In this document: in pieces, positions 1 to 12,472 of the stretch | Numbering within the stretch: position 1 is the first letter of the stretch | Layout of the letters: the number at the start of each line of letters is the position of its first letter | NCBI GenBank assembly: GCA_905178155.1 | Contig: CAJINV010000008.1 | Location: 2,795,303-2,859,302 of the forward strand | Source: Amoebophrya sp. A120 | Taxonomy: Eukaryota; Protista; Dinoflagellata | Length of the DNA: 64,000 nucleotides | Reading direction: 5' to 3' | Notes under the pieces: generated by a model | What the model was told of the DNA's origin: nothing | The model's input: the letters and a program-made list of their open reading frames with translations, nothing else | Databases searched by the model: none | Position numbers and translations under genes: made by a program

Positions 1-1094
1 CCGCCCTGATTGGTTTTCTCGTCCCCCAAGAGGTTTATTCCCCCGCCCGCGGCGGCTGTGCCACTAGCTGCCCACAGTCGGTCATCCGCCTGCAGCTTTG
101 GCTGCATCAGGCTGCGGGCGGCGTCCTCTATGGTCAGCTGGGGCCGCTCCTGGACCGCGTGCTGCTGCTGCTGCTTCCAGTTCTCGACCCGACGCGCGAG
201 TGACACCAAACTCTCGTGCGGCTCGCTTGCGCCCGTTGCTCCAGTGTTGTCCTTTTTCCGCTGCCCGAAGACCGCGATCGGCGTGGCCGATTCCGCCTTC
301 TTCTGCTGCGCGCGCTCCTTCTGCTTTTCCTTCTTCCGTTTTTTCGCTTCCTCTTCCGTGATCAGGCTGTCGGGATCGCCGCCGTCGGCGCGTACCCGCT
401 TCACGGGCTGTTTTCGCAGCTCGTTCACTTCGGTCTGCCACTTTTGCGCCTGCTCCTCCCGCATCCGCGCGGCCCAGGAGGTGGACGAGGAGCTGGACGA
501 GGAGGCCTGCTTCGCATCGACCGACGGCGCCTCTTTAATATTATTTTCAGCTGCACTTCCTCCCTGCGGAAGAGAGGACTTATTCTCAGTTACACTCTGT
601 TTGCCGACCGTAGCGCGAGTCGCATTTTTCTGCTCGCTTGACGCCGCGCTAAAGACAGGCAGTTGTCCATGTTGTTCCATAATCTCAGCGCCCGGAGCTG
701 CTGTACCCGTGTGGCTAAGATTGTCGCCTGCAGCCCCGGCTTGATAAGATTGTGCTCTCATCTCGTCTGACCGAAGAGGGAGTGGCGTGGTGTTTGCACT
801 CGTCGTATCCTTACCATGTTTTCCCGCCGAAGCGGGTCCACCGACTGCGCTTGCGCTAGTAGTCGTGGTTGTACTACGACCCCCTCCTGGCTGCACGGCC
901 TGTTTCCACTTTTCTTTTTCCTTATCAGACATCTTTTGCCACTCGGAGGAAATCATTTTCTCGGCTTCGGCCTCCGTTCGCTGCTGCTCGTGGATCAGCT
1001 CGTGCTTTCGCGCGGCCCGAAAATTCAGCCGCGCTTTGAAGAGATTTACGCCCATTTTGACGGGGAAAATAAAAAGGTCGACTTTTACCACGCA
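1..1094 (-). CDS. Partial K/R-rich protein with HMG-box-like segment, running off the window start
   Basis: The minus frame reads ...KARLNFRAARKHELIHEQQRTEAEAEKMISSEWQKMSDKEKEKWKQ (HMG helix 2/3-like W..MS..EK..W) and appears open to base 1. A pyrimidine tract + CAG acceptor lies near 1095. Confidence 0.4.
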
Positions 1095-1653
1095 CTGGTG
1101 TAAGAGTAAGAAAGAAGTGACAAAATAAACTTAAACCACCTACTTACTACTTATCTTAGTATATGATATTGATGACGTCGCAGCACATGTTGTGTTGGAG
1201 TGCCATTGCCTACTACTTTTGCAAGAAACGAGTTAGGAGGGCGCGCCCCGACGCTATCAGAAGAGCGAGGAGCATTTCGAAAAACCGAAATCAACAGTCG
1301 GGTATCGTTTCTACTTACTCAATCGAGTGGAGGTTTGTCCTTCATCAAACTACTTCTTATTCCAAAAAGAGCGGACGTACTCTTTTTGACACGTGGCCAG
1401 CCTAGCCTTCTTTGACCGTGAACCAAAAGAAAAGTGTTAGATGCTGGTGCATCTTTTGTACTCACAACCAAGAGAACAGTATCGACTCTCAGTGAATACC
1501 TTCACCTCGTGCGCAGGTAGCAAACAAATACAGCGAAGTGCTGAATCGTTTTTTTGGAGGTTCTTGCCTAGAAGTCGTTGCTATAGCAACCACAATGACA
1601 ACGATGTCGCTGTATCCGGCTGTAATATCTTCGCCTGCGCTATGCAAATCTTT

Positions 1654-4600
1654 TTAGACTTGCTGTGTCAATTCCATCGGCTGCGGTGGATGACTTCGTG
1701 TAACGTCATTTCCTGATGTTTCCAGCGCGGCATTATTTGCATCACGCATCATCCACCCCCCTGCGTGCCTTTCCACGCCGCTCCGGGCGGCTTCATGCAT
1801 TCCCACAGAAGTAGCGGGAACATGATCATCTTCCACGGGCTCGTTATCACGACACTCTTCTCCTAGATCGGGAAAGACATCGTCTGCGGGCGGGCAAATC
1901 AGTTGCACGTTCACCAGCGCGTTCACCTTCAAGAACGACGGACCGCGCGGCGCGAATAGCGTGTTCGTGTTCGCAGATGAACTTTGCAGGTTTTGTAGGT
2001 ACAGATTCTGTTGCTGGGTGTGGCTAAAAATACCGGCTTGTCGAGGTCGTTCTCGTTGTTCGACAATGCTGCGGCTGGTACTGGCTTCGTGGCTCCGTCG
2101 AAGGAGAAACTCCCGGGTGGTCCGCCCCTGGCAGGACAAGACCAGATGGCAAATGCAGAAGGAGAACAGTAGTAACCCCAAGACCGCACAGGCGCCGCCG
2201 ATGAAGATGCCGAACAAAATGACCCCGTACTTCTTCCCGTAGTCGCTCGGGTGCTTGTGGTCAGGATCGTCACCCCCCTATCCTGAGCAAAAACGTACCC
2301 ACCCCATATTTAGAACTTGTGGCCATGCAAATCAGCACGCCCACCAAGTGTCTCATGCGGGTTCGCCTCAGAGCGCGGCGAGCCATTTTCTTTATTTTTT
2401 TCTAGCCAATTTTATAACTTTGCGATCATGCTCTACTAGAAAGGATGATACAGTGGATTTGCTAAAAATATGCGGGTCTACTAGCTGGGCGCGGCTCCCT
2501 TGCGTAGCTGAGCCTGTCATGGCCTGAGGCTGAAAACTCCCGAATTATTTGTGGTCTTGCAGACTTGGCTACGGGGTGGGACGTTTATACATTCGATACC
2601 CCACTCGTGTTCTCCTCGACTACCGTCCAGAGAAAGATTCCCACGATCACGGAAAACGCGAGCGCGGACAGGCTGGAGAGAAAGAGGTAGAAAAACGTGT
2701 AGTTCCGTTCCCCAATGCAGTTCCCAACAAAGGGACAGTGGTGGTCGAACCGGCGGACGCAGTGGTTGCAGTCGCTGCAGTGTCCGGCGCGCGGCGGCCG
2801 CACGATCTGGCACACCCGGCAAATCCGAAAGCCCTGCCGCATCTCGTCCACCGTCAGCGTCGTCGCGCAATGGAGTTGTTGCTGTACGGCCATGGGACGA
2901 GCGCCGGCGGGAGAGGCTGATGGTGCTCTTGCAACGTGCTTGGTAACCTTCTTGTCAGTCGCATGATCCTCCTCGGAAAAATTTCTATCTTCGCTTGCAG
3001 CACGTTTGGGGTCGTTGATGTCTGAAAGCGCCGCTGCTGCGTTGTCCATCATGCTTGTTCCATCCAGTAAAGCAACGCCCGCCGGTTCGTTTGTCCCGGT
3101 CGCAAGCCGGTCTCTCCGCAGGCGCAGATCGTGAGGTCTTCTCTCCACCGAAAATTGTGGTGCCGACGGAACTGATTCGCCCGCACGACGGACCCCCACC
3201 TGTGCCGTCACTTGTACTCCTTCTTGCACCGATGTACTACTTGCCGCAGTAGAGACCACCGATGTGACACTCCCCCGGGCGGAACTCGGGGCCGAAGTTG
3301 TTGTACAGAGCGCGCTTGTAGTCGCAGCAGGTTTGGCACCTCCACTGCTGATGGCCGCGGCAGTTGTACTAGTAGCCACGCCCCCGGCGTGGAAGGTCTG
3401 CAAGTGGTCGGGAGGCTTTGTCGTGCCCCGGGGCGTATTGGTGGTGCCGACTATAGCGTTTCGGCTGTTCTTCGAACTCGCTCCTCCACTCGTCGGGGGC
3501 GCATCTGCTGCTGACGTAACACAGGCTATTGCAGTTCTTCCCTGCTCTCCCGTGCCATTGGTGTTCCCTGACGTGGTGTGTCGGATGCGCCGAATCCCAG
3601 CGGCTAGCCTCGGGTTGGTTCCGAGGACAGATGAAGAAGCGGAAGCCATGGCGGTTTGCTGCACAGAAGTCGCTCCAGCTTTGTCTGTTTCGCTAGCGTC
3701 TTTCTGATCATGAGCTGGCTCCTGTTTTCTACTGTTGCCGTGAAACAACGCCTGCGGGTCCTCTGCGACGAGGCTCGGTTTTGCCTCTACTAGCGGCGTC
3801 CTCGCTTTTAACATCTCGGCACTGGAACAACTGCTGGTCCCCGAGGTCGAGTTCTTTGCGCTATCGCTTCTGTAGTTCAGTTGATTGTCTTCAAAACTTA
3901 ACTCCGTTTCACTTTGCAAGCTCGCCCTGTGGTCCGCGTCAAAAAGAACATGGCTCGATCTTCTACAATTTGTACCGCCCGCATCATCTTTGTTCAACAT
4001 CGTGTCAGGAGACAAAGTAGCTCCAGAATAAACCAGTGGAAAATGCGACTTCCTTGTGCCCGCCGGCAAAAACCACTTCACGGAGCCGGCCGGTCTAGTC
4101 GTTCCGCTCTGGTGCGCATGGGACGACGAGGTCATCCCGTTCATTGGTCCGGATACATCACCGAACCCAGCGCACTCACCGTCCCCCCGGTGGAAGCCGA
4201 TGAAATCATTCACCTCCTTTTCCAGCCCGGGAAGCAGATCCAGGATCTCCCGCCGGGGCAGAATCCCCGGGTCCGTGCAAGAGGTGAGTAACAGAAACGT
4301 TATCGTGCAAACCAACAGGAAAAACACGCACGCGGGCAGAAACCAGATGTGCGACAAGAGGTTGGTGGCTGCTGCTTTTAAAAGCATTTCGTTTATTCCC
4401 GCAGAAAGCTTGTGTTGGTCTTCTGGAGAAAGTTGTAGAAGGTCTAGTACAACTTCTGGTGTTGATCCAAGTACTCGCCCGGACGAAATCATTCCCCCAC
4501 TTGCCGTCGCAACAGGTCGACCTCCTGCGAAGAACGAGTCTTGATGTTCCATTATGCTCATCACCTGCTTGTCGTGTGTTTGTTGGTCTTGGTTCACCTC

Positions 4601-5254
4601 GTCGGGACGATCGACATAATCTTCATCCACCGCGATATTTGTGTGGAGGTCCTCGAGAGGACCACGATTGTTCCACACCACAGATGCTGAAGCGACATCC
4701 GTACCAGCGTACCAGAAATCCGGTCCAAGGACGAACAAAAACCAAAACGTCGGGACGAGGATGAAAAAGTACGCACAGGCCATGTACCCAAAATCCATTT
4801 TCGGCCCCGTCACGCACTTTCCGCGGCACAGCATCCGCGCGCCCTCCGGCAGGGGGTTCATCAAGGGTCTTGAGGCTGGCAGACGAGCACGAGGATCTTG
4901 TTCCTGCCGTCCACCCTGTTGTGATGACGATATCAAAGGGTCTTGGCCTTGCGCACGACCGTGGTTAATAGTGCCACTCGTATTCGTCGGGATTAAGTGC
5001 CAAATTTCGTGCAGCCGCATCTTGATGGAAAACAAACTTTGGCCAAAGTTATTGGGCGTGGGGGCAGTGGGTGCGACCACGTCGAGACATGGTCTAGTAG
5101 AGGCTGGGGCCGCAGGGCCGCGAGTTGCAACAGTAGAACTGCTCGTGGTCGGTAGCACGGAGACCGTATCCGCTCCGGATGACGACGATACTTGCCTCCC
5201 CTGGTGGATGAGCGGCTGCGTCGTGGCCCGGCGATTGGCACCAGACTGCTGCAT
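1654..5254 (-). CDS. DHHC-type protein S-acyltransferase (palmitoyltransferase) with long low-complexity insert; exons 5254-2599 and ~2273-1654
   Basis: [49 protein letters not shown] and TM helices; TTRE motif in the second exon. Removing introner 2279-2598 plus 5 nt joins ...[12 protein letters not shown]... in frame. Confidence 0.92.
2279..2598. mobile_element. Introner (TIR family D), 320 bp, in the DHHC gene
   Basis: Ends tatcctgagcaaaaacgtacccacccc / ggggtgggacgtttatacattcgata; flanks ccccc/cccca. Confidence 0.85.
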
Positions 5255-5831
5255 TTTTGTTCTACCTGCGGTCACGACACTTGCTCTGAATCAATATCGA
5301 GGTAGGAACAAAGTGAGTATTTGATACGGAGGAGGCTAACAAGAGGCTTTTTCACAAAATTTCAACAACAGGCTTCAACGTGCGAGTGAGTAAATTGCAT
5401 TTTTGCCACGCGTTGAAAGAGAGGGACACGCACCGATTGCTGAGGGCACAACTTTTGTGAAGCGTCCATAGCTGTGAAGGACCGATGGGGGGTGGGAAGG
5501 AAGCACGAGGACGAATTATTTTCATCACTATAAATATGGGATTGATAGTACGGGCGGCGCAGGAACTGTTAATTATGCGGGAAGAAGCTCAATGTCGACC
5601 ATTCATATGCATAGCAATAGATGACTTTCTCTTGTTCGTATTCGTTCTCTCGCAGGAAAACAAAAATATTTGTCGACATGCGTGCACATAGAACGTTCAA
5701 GTTCGAAAAAAAGCTGTAAAAGAGAGATGATAGATGAACACAAACGGTTCTGCTCTTATCATGCGCTGCTCCACCGGAACACTCCACCGGACGAGGAGCA
5801 CACCATGCCATCAAATACGATGCCAAATAAC

Positions 5832-8800
5832 CTACGTGGTGCCGCCCCATTGTGGATGTTGCAAGCCCACCACATTCGCCTGCGGGCCTCCTGCTGCTTC
5901 TGTTCTACTTGAGTAGCCGGCGTAAAAAGAATTCTGCTGGTATGAAGGTGGCGCTTGTACCAAATGAGGATAACCGTCAACGGGGGTAGTATATTGGGAA
6001 GTAGCACGCGATGAAACAAAAAACGGCGGACTACTAGTAGTCGCCGCCGATGGGGGCGGCGCAACACCTTGAGAGAAAGTCCTGAGTTTGAATTCGCAGG
6101 TGAAAGACGTGTCTCGCAACGTTTCGCCGGTGTATTTTTTCCCCGCTTCCTTCGACTGGGCACTCCCAACCATTCCCCGTGCCTCCTTCGTCCGGGTGTG
6201 TTCGTACCCGAAGGCCTGGTACAGCTCCGCGGCCCAGGGGAATTTGTCGCCCACCTGCTCCCACCCGGCGTTCGCCGCGATCGCGGGAATGTTCCAGTGC
6301 GTGTACGGAAATCGGTCCGCGAGGGTCACGTGCACGCGCGTCCGCTCCGGGTGCACAAAGGAATTGTGCGCGCACTTCCCCAGACTGGCGAAAAACCGAC
6401 CGAAAAGCTCCTGGTGCTCGGACAGGCCCCCGATCGTCCCCGCGGGCGCATTCGTCTGCTCCGCGCCTGAGTGCAGAAAGTTGACGATCACGTAGTCGAA
6501 AAAGTGGCCTGCCTCCGGCGAAAATTGCTGCTGGCACAGTTCGGTGATGAGTCTGTGGGGCCCATTTTCCCGTCTTTGGTGCACCAAGCCGTAAACGGGG
6601 ACCGTCGAAGTCGTGGTGCTAGTAGCGCCCCAGCGGTCGTTGTAAGTCGGCACCGTGGTCCAGCTCACTATTTCCTGCACCGGGGGATTCAGAGGCACAA
6701 AGTAGTCCGGTATGTGCAGCTGCGTGCAGTCCACGCTCTCGCCGACGACCACCCCGCCCATTCCCTCCACGTCCCGCTTGCATTCCTGGAGCCGCTGGCG
6801 AAAATCCCGCTGGCCGCCGAGGTCAAAGGTGGTCGCGATCAGGTTCTGCGCGTGTCGCGGGCCGAAGATCCGTGCCAGCGCCTTGGTGAAGGAAAAGTCG
6901 CCTTCCCCCACCAGGAGAATCTTGTGCTCCGGGGTGTAGGGGCAGACCGGCACTGCGAAATAAGGGGGATTTTGTCTGTTCTTTCCCAGAAGATGATGAG
7001 GCTCGTCCAGCGGGGAGCAGTTTTGGTTCTGGGTAAACAAAAAATGCGCAATCGGCAGCTTGTCCCGGTGGGGAAAGTCCTTTGTCGGGTAGCTATTGAA
7101 ATAAGGGTCATTGGCGACTTTCTCCGCCCGGAGCTTGAACAGAGCCCCCTCGGCGCACCCGGGCACTTCCTCCCGCCAGAGTTCGTAGGGCGGTTGGCCC
7201 CAGAATTCCTGTCGCTGATGAACGCGCAGGTAGCGCATGCCCCGTCGCTTCGCGCACAGCTGCTCCATCTCGCGGACGAAAGGAACCGCATTCTGGATCA
7301 AATTCTCGTTGATGCGAATCCACAGCGGCCACGTGCGCCCCTTCCCAGCAACAATAGGGTACTGGTGCGCTTCGTCGAGGCCTGTAGGTTGCAAAGTAAA
7401 ACTGGTGGAAAAAAAAAACTTCGTACGGCGACTTGTACACTCGACTATAAATCCACCGGTAAAAAGGAAACACTTGCTGGTGAGGAATAGCTTCAGATGT
7501 GTCACACGCGGAACTCGAGTTTGAAGCTCAACGCAAAAAAAGAATTAACCGGTCGACGGCCAACAGTCTAATTTTACACCGCTATCTCGTCGATATTGCA
7601 GATTTTATGAGCGGACAAATCATAATGATTTTTTTTCATATACCCTCCAGGATTCGTCTGCACCCGTTTTGCGTGATCAAGTTATGCGACAGGTGTACTT
7701 CCTCGACGAAGTAGCAGCCGCGCGTATCAAAAGCAAAAATCCCCCCTCCCCATATCAAAGTGGCAATCTGTGTTGCGGGATTTGTGTACACGAATCCGCT
7801 TTGTCTTGCAGTAGAGGACTGCAGGCAGATGCAAAGCCTGGAAGGGGCTGGCTGGAAGTGGGCGCGCAGCATGGCAGACGTCTGCCCTGTTGGCGCAGCA
7901 GCATTACCAAATATAGCCGCCGGGGCGGGGGTAGTGAGGTCGTGGGCGTTTTTTTGCCGACCGCCGCCTTGGCCGCGCCTTTGTTTTTTCTGGGCTCGCC
8001 ATACCGCCGTGAGTAACGTTATGCCGCACGGTATGGCGGCCACTTGGGAAACATCACAAATTTTGGCACATTTCCCAAATTCCTTTCCGAAAGCCAGCCC
8101 CGATGCTATGGGGCCGATCCGGGTGCCACGGGGGGCGCCCAAAAAGCGAAGAAAAACCGGGCCCATAGCATGCGGATTGGCTTTGCGCGTCTGGGGCGTT
8201 TTTTATTTTTCGCGTTTTTATTTTTCACGCCGGCGCTTTTTGCAAAGCTTCCCAGGCTCTAAAACCGGCGAAAAGGCGGCCGCTTTCGCGGCCGCCCAAG
8301 ATGCTCCGAAATCGCGGCCGTGCCATGCTGTTTCGCTGTTCTGATTTTGGGCGCGTTTTTTGCGCGCCCCTTTTTGGGCGCCCCAAATCGCCAGAAACCA
8401 AGGCGGCGGGCGCCTCGGAACGGCGCCCCTTTTGCCGGCTTCCCTGCGTCGCTTTATCCAGTGCGAATCGATAGTTTTCGACCGGGCTTGTTTGACTTCA
8501 AAGCCCCGGAGGCTTGATAATTGAAAATCTTTTATGTCAAAAAACGCTTCCGGCCGCTTGAAAACTGCCGGTCGTTTTTCACGGTAGGTGGCAAAAAAAC
8601 TCCCCGGTTAGAACCGTTCGGTGACCTCACTACATACAAATCGCCGGCGTAAAGCGGCGGAAGCTCTGGCTTTGCGATCTTGCAAGACAGACCTGATTTG
8701 TGACCCCAAATCAGCATCACAAATTTTCAAAAGGATGCCTTTTCGATATGGGGAGGGGGGATTTTTCCTTTTGATAGCGCGCGGCGGGGAAGTTCTTCTG

Positions 8801-9748
8801 CTGATTCAAGTAATAGGCAAGAAAGTACGCACCGAAATCTCCGATCTTGTTTTTGAACAGCAGCAGTTTCTTGACCACGATTTGCAGCTCCGTCAGCATG
8901 TGGAAGAGCTTCTGCGCACCCTGGTCCGAGATAAAGTTGGAGGACAAATCGAGCTCCTCGATGATGGCCAGGCACTCCCAGTGCGGAAGATCTTCCCGAT
9001 AATAAGTTTGCCGCAAGTGCTCGAGCTCGTTCCGAATGCGTGCCTTCCACTCCTCCACGAGGGACCAGCACGCGCCTTCCGCAGACCAGACGGACTCACT
9101 CACGGGCCCCGCCAGGCGGTCGTCATCCAAGGCACAGCCTTTCCCTTTGATCCGCACGTTCAGTAACGCAAGACTGTAGGCGTTCACCTCTTCCACCGTC
9201 GGAAAACTGATTTCTGGGTCCGCTCGAACAGTGGACCAGGCGCGCACAGTCTGCTGTGCATCTTCAGGTCCTGCTGGGTTTCTCCGGCTGCCGTGCGAAG
9301 AATAATTTTCCTGCTGTTCTTCGCGGCTGTGCCGATCCCCTCCCATGGCCGTGAACGGACCAGCCCCCGCGCGCGGCGTTGTCCTGGGCCGTCCGCCCCC
9401 GCGCCCCTTCTTGCCTTTCCCTTTGCCCTTCGTGGGCGAACTTGCTCCATTTTGACCGTTTCCGTCGTCGCGACGTCCTTCGTGGTGCGTTGTCGCGTTT
9501 TTGCCCTTCTTGCTCCCGGACTTATTGCCTCGGCTTCCGCCAGACGGCTTCCCGAGATTTGGTTTCATTGGACACGGCGGCAACTTCGGAGAGACCGGAG
9601 CTTTCTCGACATTATCGTTTGGCTCAGGAAGCAGAAAACTCGGCTGTTGAATCACCTTCACTCTTATCCATCTCACAATCAGGTAGGACAGGGCGGCCGC
9701 GAAAAGAAAGGAGTAAGACACCACACTTATTACATTTACACTTAGCAT
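5832..9748 (-). CDS. N-terminal TM + LRR protein fused to a DUF2431/Bmt5-like rRNA (uridine-N3) methyltransferase domain; exons ~9748-8777, 7719-7644, 7381-5832
   Basis: LRRs IEELDLSSNFISDQG, VKKLLLFKNKIGDFG and VEEVHLSHNLITQNG (the last after removing introner 7725-8776). A GT-AG intron at 7643-7382 joins ILEG-LDEAHQYP. DUF2431 motifs: ILLVGEGDFSF, LIATTFD, VDCTQL, FDYVIVNFLH, VHVTL, PYTHWNI, GYEHTRT. Confidence 0.8.
7725..8776. mobile_element. Long introner (TIR family B), 1052 bp
   Basis: Ends tatcaaaagcaaaaatcccccctccccatatc / gatatggggaggggggatttttccttttgata; perfect DR gcgcg (7720-7724, 8777-8781). About 130 bp at each end resembles the 322-bp copies at 46979 and 51031. Confidence 0.92.
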
Positions 9749-10353
9749 ACTGCGCAAGAGAAACTGCGAAGGAGAGGGAAAAGGGGAGATGAGGAGTTGC
9801 GTCACCCGTCGTTGCACAGTGAAAATACTTAAGATGTGAAAATTCACTACCGTCATCCAACTAGACACGATTCGATCGATATTGACACATCTCTACTTAC
9901 CAAAATTTCATCGATAACCTCAGTCTGAACGTAAGCACTTTCGCACCAAATTGCGCTTCGTGTCGTCTAGCTGATCGATTTGCTCTTTTACCCAGCCAAC
10001 GTGCGAAGTGCGTTTGTTTTGGTCAATCCTTGCTTGACCTTGCGTCAATGCGACCAACGTCTGAAAGCTTTTAGCGACCCTAGAAAATTTTGCCATGAGT
10101 CGTGAAACCTGCAGCCCACATCTAGTACCGGAATTACTGCATTCATCTGCACACAACTCATTGTCAGACTTGGGAGCATGGTCTATTTCCTATTACTGCA
10201 TCGAGCACCGCCATCGAGTCCATTAATCGCGACGTTCTGACTATATTCTCTAGCTCAAAAAAACCGTTGAGCACCACCTGACTGCCATTTTGTTTTTGTT
10301 CGCACGCTTAAAACAACTTGCTTTGGATGTCTACATATCTTCCACATCTCAAC

Positions 10354-11460
10354 CTATGGCTCGTTGTTCCTCGAGAACCCGGTTCCCGGTCTGAAAGAAG
10401 GAACAGACCCTCTCTCTTCACGAGCTACTTTACCCTTTCCGGTCAGCATACCGCTACCAATGACACCAAACCGGCAAGCTCCTCGTCGGGCTCTATGATT
10501 CGCCCCCATCGTGGTTCGCGGCAACGCATTGGAGAAAGGCGCGCTTTGGAGCTCCTCCGGTTTATTTTTAGAAGCTGCTGACGAGCGGTTCTCCTGCTGT
10601 CGACGAGGACTGTGCAGCCTAAGTTGCTCCTGCTTCTCCTCTTTCACGCCCGCTGGATTTCCTTGTTGACCACCCGGGTCGTCCTCTTCCGCCAAATTCG
10701 TAAAAAAGAGCGACTGGTACTCCTTGCGCAAGTCGTAGGCCAAAAAATCCTGGACGAAGGCGCTTCGTTCTTCACTGCTGGGGTTTGGTGCTGCGCAGCT
10801 GCCCACGCTTTTTATTGTCCCGGTCCTTTTGGTGCCTTCCAAAGTGGGATGAAAATCCACATCATGTTTGCTCGCTTCCGGAGTGGAAAGACCAAAAACG
10901 GAGCCGCGGTCTTCAGTGTCAGTTTTCGTCGCCGCTACAGGATGCACCGAGGACCACTGCGGGGTTGAAGAGAGAGGCCGCTGCTCGCGCTGAAAAAATT
11001 GCGCCTCAGAAATACTTGTCGCGCCGGCGAAACCATCCTCGCATTCCATCTTTATTTCCTGTGCGTTCGGCCCGATTTTCAGGCTAAGAGGCTGGGGCGA
11101 TACTAGCGTCATGCTACTCTGCGATTCTAGTTTATCTCCTGCGAGGTCTTCCCTGTCGTCTCGGTGCGGCCCCGCAACCGGATAATCAGAACACGTCGTT
11201 GCCCTGCTTTCCGTCTTTCCTCCTTTCGCTGTGTCGCCGAGAGTCTCTCCATGTCCACGAGATGGGGAAGCGGAGAAGCACAGGCACACCCGCGCGCTGT
11301 GCTTCCGTGTCGAACCGTCCTCTGTAATTCCGCTATCCGCGACCGGCGACGGAGAAGAAGAGGAGCAGAATGGAGAAGCGGAAGTGCTCGGAGTCGGGGC
11401 TGGGAGTGTAAATGGAATATAGAACGATAGCCATCGTGCTACCACCAAAAACACGACCAT
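10354..11460 (-). CDS. Hypothetical low-complexity protein (probably terminal exon of a larger gene)
   Basis: 368-aa ORF, S/E/Q-rich, no recognisable domain. Confidence 0.4.
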   Translation of the reverse strand: MVVFLVVARWLSFYIPFTLPAPTPSTSASPFCSSSSPSPVADSGITEDGSTRKHSARVCLCFSASPSRGHGETLGDTAKGGKTESRATTCSDYPVAGPHRDDREDLAGDKLESQSSMTLVSPQPLSLKIGPNAQEIKMECEDGFAGATSISEAQFFQREQRPLSSTPQWSSVHPVAATKTDTEDRGSVFGLSTPEASKHDVDFHPTLEGTKRTGTIKSVGSCAAPNPSSEERSAFVQDFLAYDLRKEYQSLFFTNLAEEDDPGGQQGNPAGVKEEKQEQLRLHSPRRQQENRSSAASKNKPEELQSAPFSNALPRTTMGANHRARRGACRFGVIGSGMLTGKGKVAREERGSVPSFRPGTGFSRNNEP

Positions 11461-12472
11461 GCATCATACAGAAAAAACGAGGGGAGCTGCACAAGCTTCT
11501 TTGATAAGTAGTTCCTTCGGAGGTAGAGAAGGGAAACGATCAGGCGAGCCAGGAACTGTCTATGTGCATCATAAAAAACCCGGAGCCGAACCAAAAAGAT
11601 GCGAGTAGCAAAACAATGAAAATAAATGGAGCACTGCTCCGGTGCTCAACATACCAGGACTGTTTGTGTTTCGCAACACCTCTGCTTTTCGCCCGGCGGC
11701 GCTGTGTTCTGGTTCTCGTCGACCACAAATCCCTTTCAGCGAGGGCGCTCCAACGCGATTCGGCTCAGGGTAGCCGGCGGTATCGTGGGTACTGTGCTCA
11801 TTCCCGTCTTTGCACCGCGGCGCGTCGCGGCCCCGAGAGTCGTCTACCTCTTCGTCGTGCTCATCAAAAACTGTTGTGAAGATATTCTGAAAAAGCGACG
11901 TCGTGTCATCCGGACTTCCGATATGGAAAAGAAAAGTGAACATAAGGTCGTCCCCTTGATGTGCGTGCTGTGGTCTGCCTCTGCGGTGTGGTCCGCACGA
12001 CACCTAGTGCTGCATGCAGTGAAAGAAAGGCATGACACAACTTCCCATGTCTATACGCACACAGCGCAGCCCGATGCGCGACGGGTGGTCAAGCACAAGC
12101 GGACACGAACTACGTCGATGTGTTCCGTTTCGTAAAAATCATGATTCAGTGGCTTGTTCCGTGACGGGACGGAAATTTGCTGCGCGCGGAACCCACCATC
12201 CGGTGGCGGCAGATCCAAAATTCTGGCACTCCCCGCAGGGTGCGGCAACTGGAGCTGTGGAAGAAGTGTTTTTTTAACTGCCCCCCGTTGCTGCAGTGTC
12301 TCCACCTCTTCACGATCTTGCGCCCCGTCTTTATCTCCACCAGGAGTGGCCGACTCTACTTCGAAGGCAACCTGTAAGGAAAAAAAGAGAGTTCTACTTG
12401 AAGATGAATCCATATTTTTTGTTTTTGTGACGCAGTTATATTTGCGCCGAATCGGCGGGAACTGCCTCAACA

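Noticed and set aside
6471-7490. 339-aa plus-strand ORF
   Set aside because: Antisense shadow of the DUF2431 exon.
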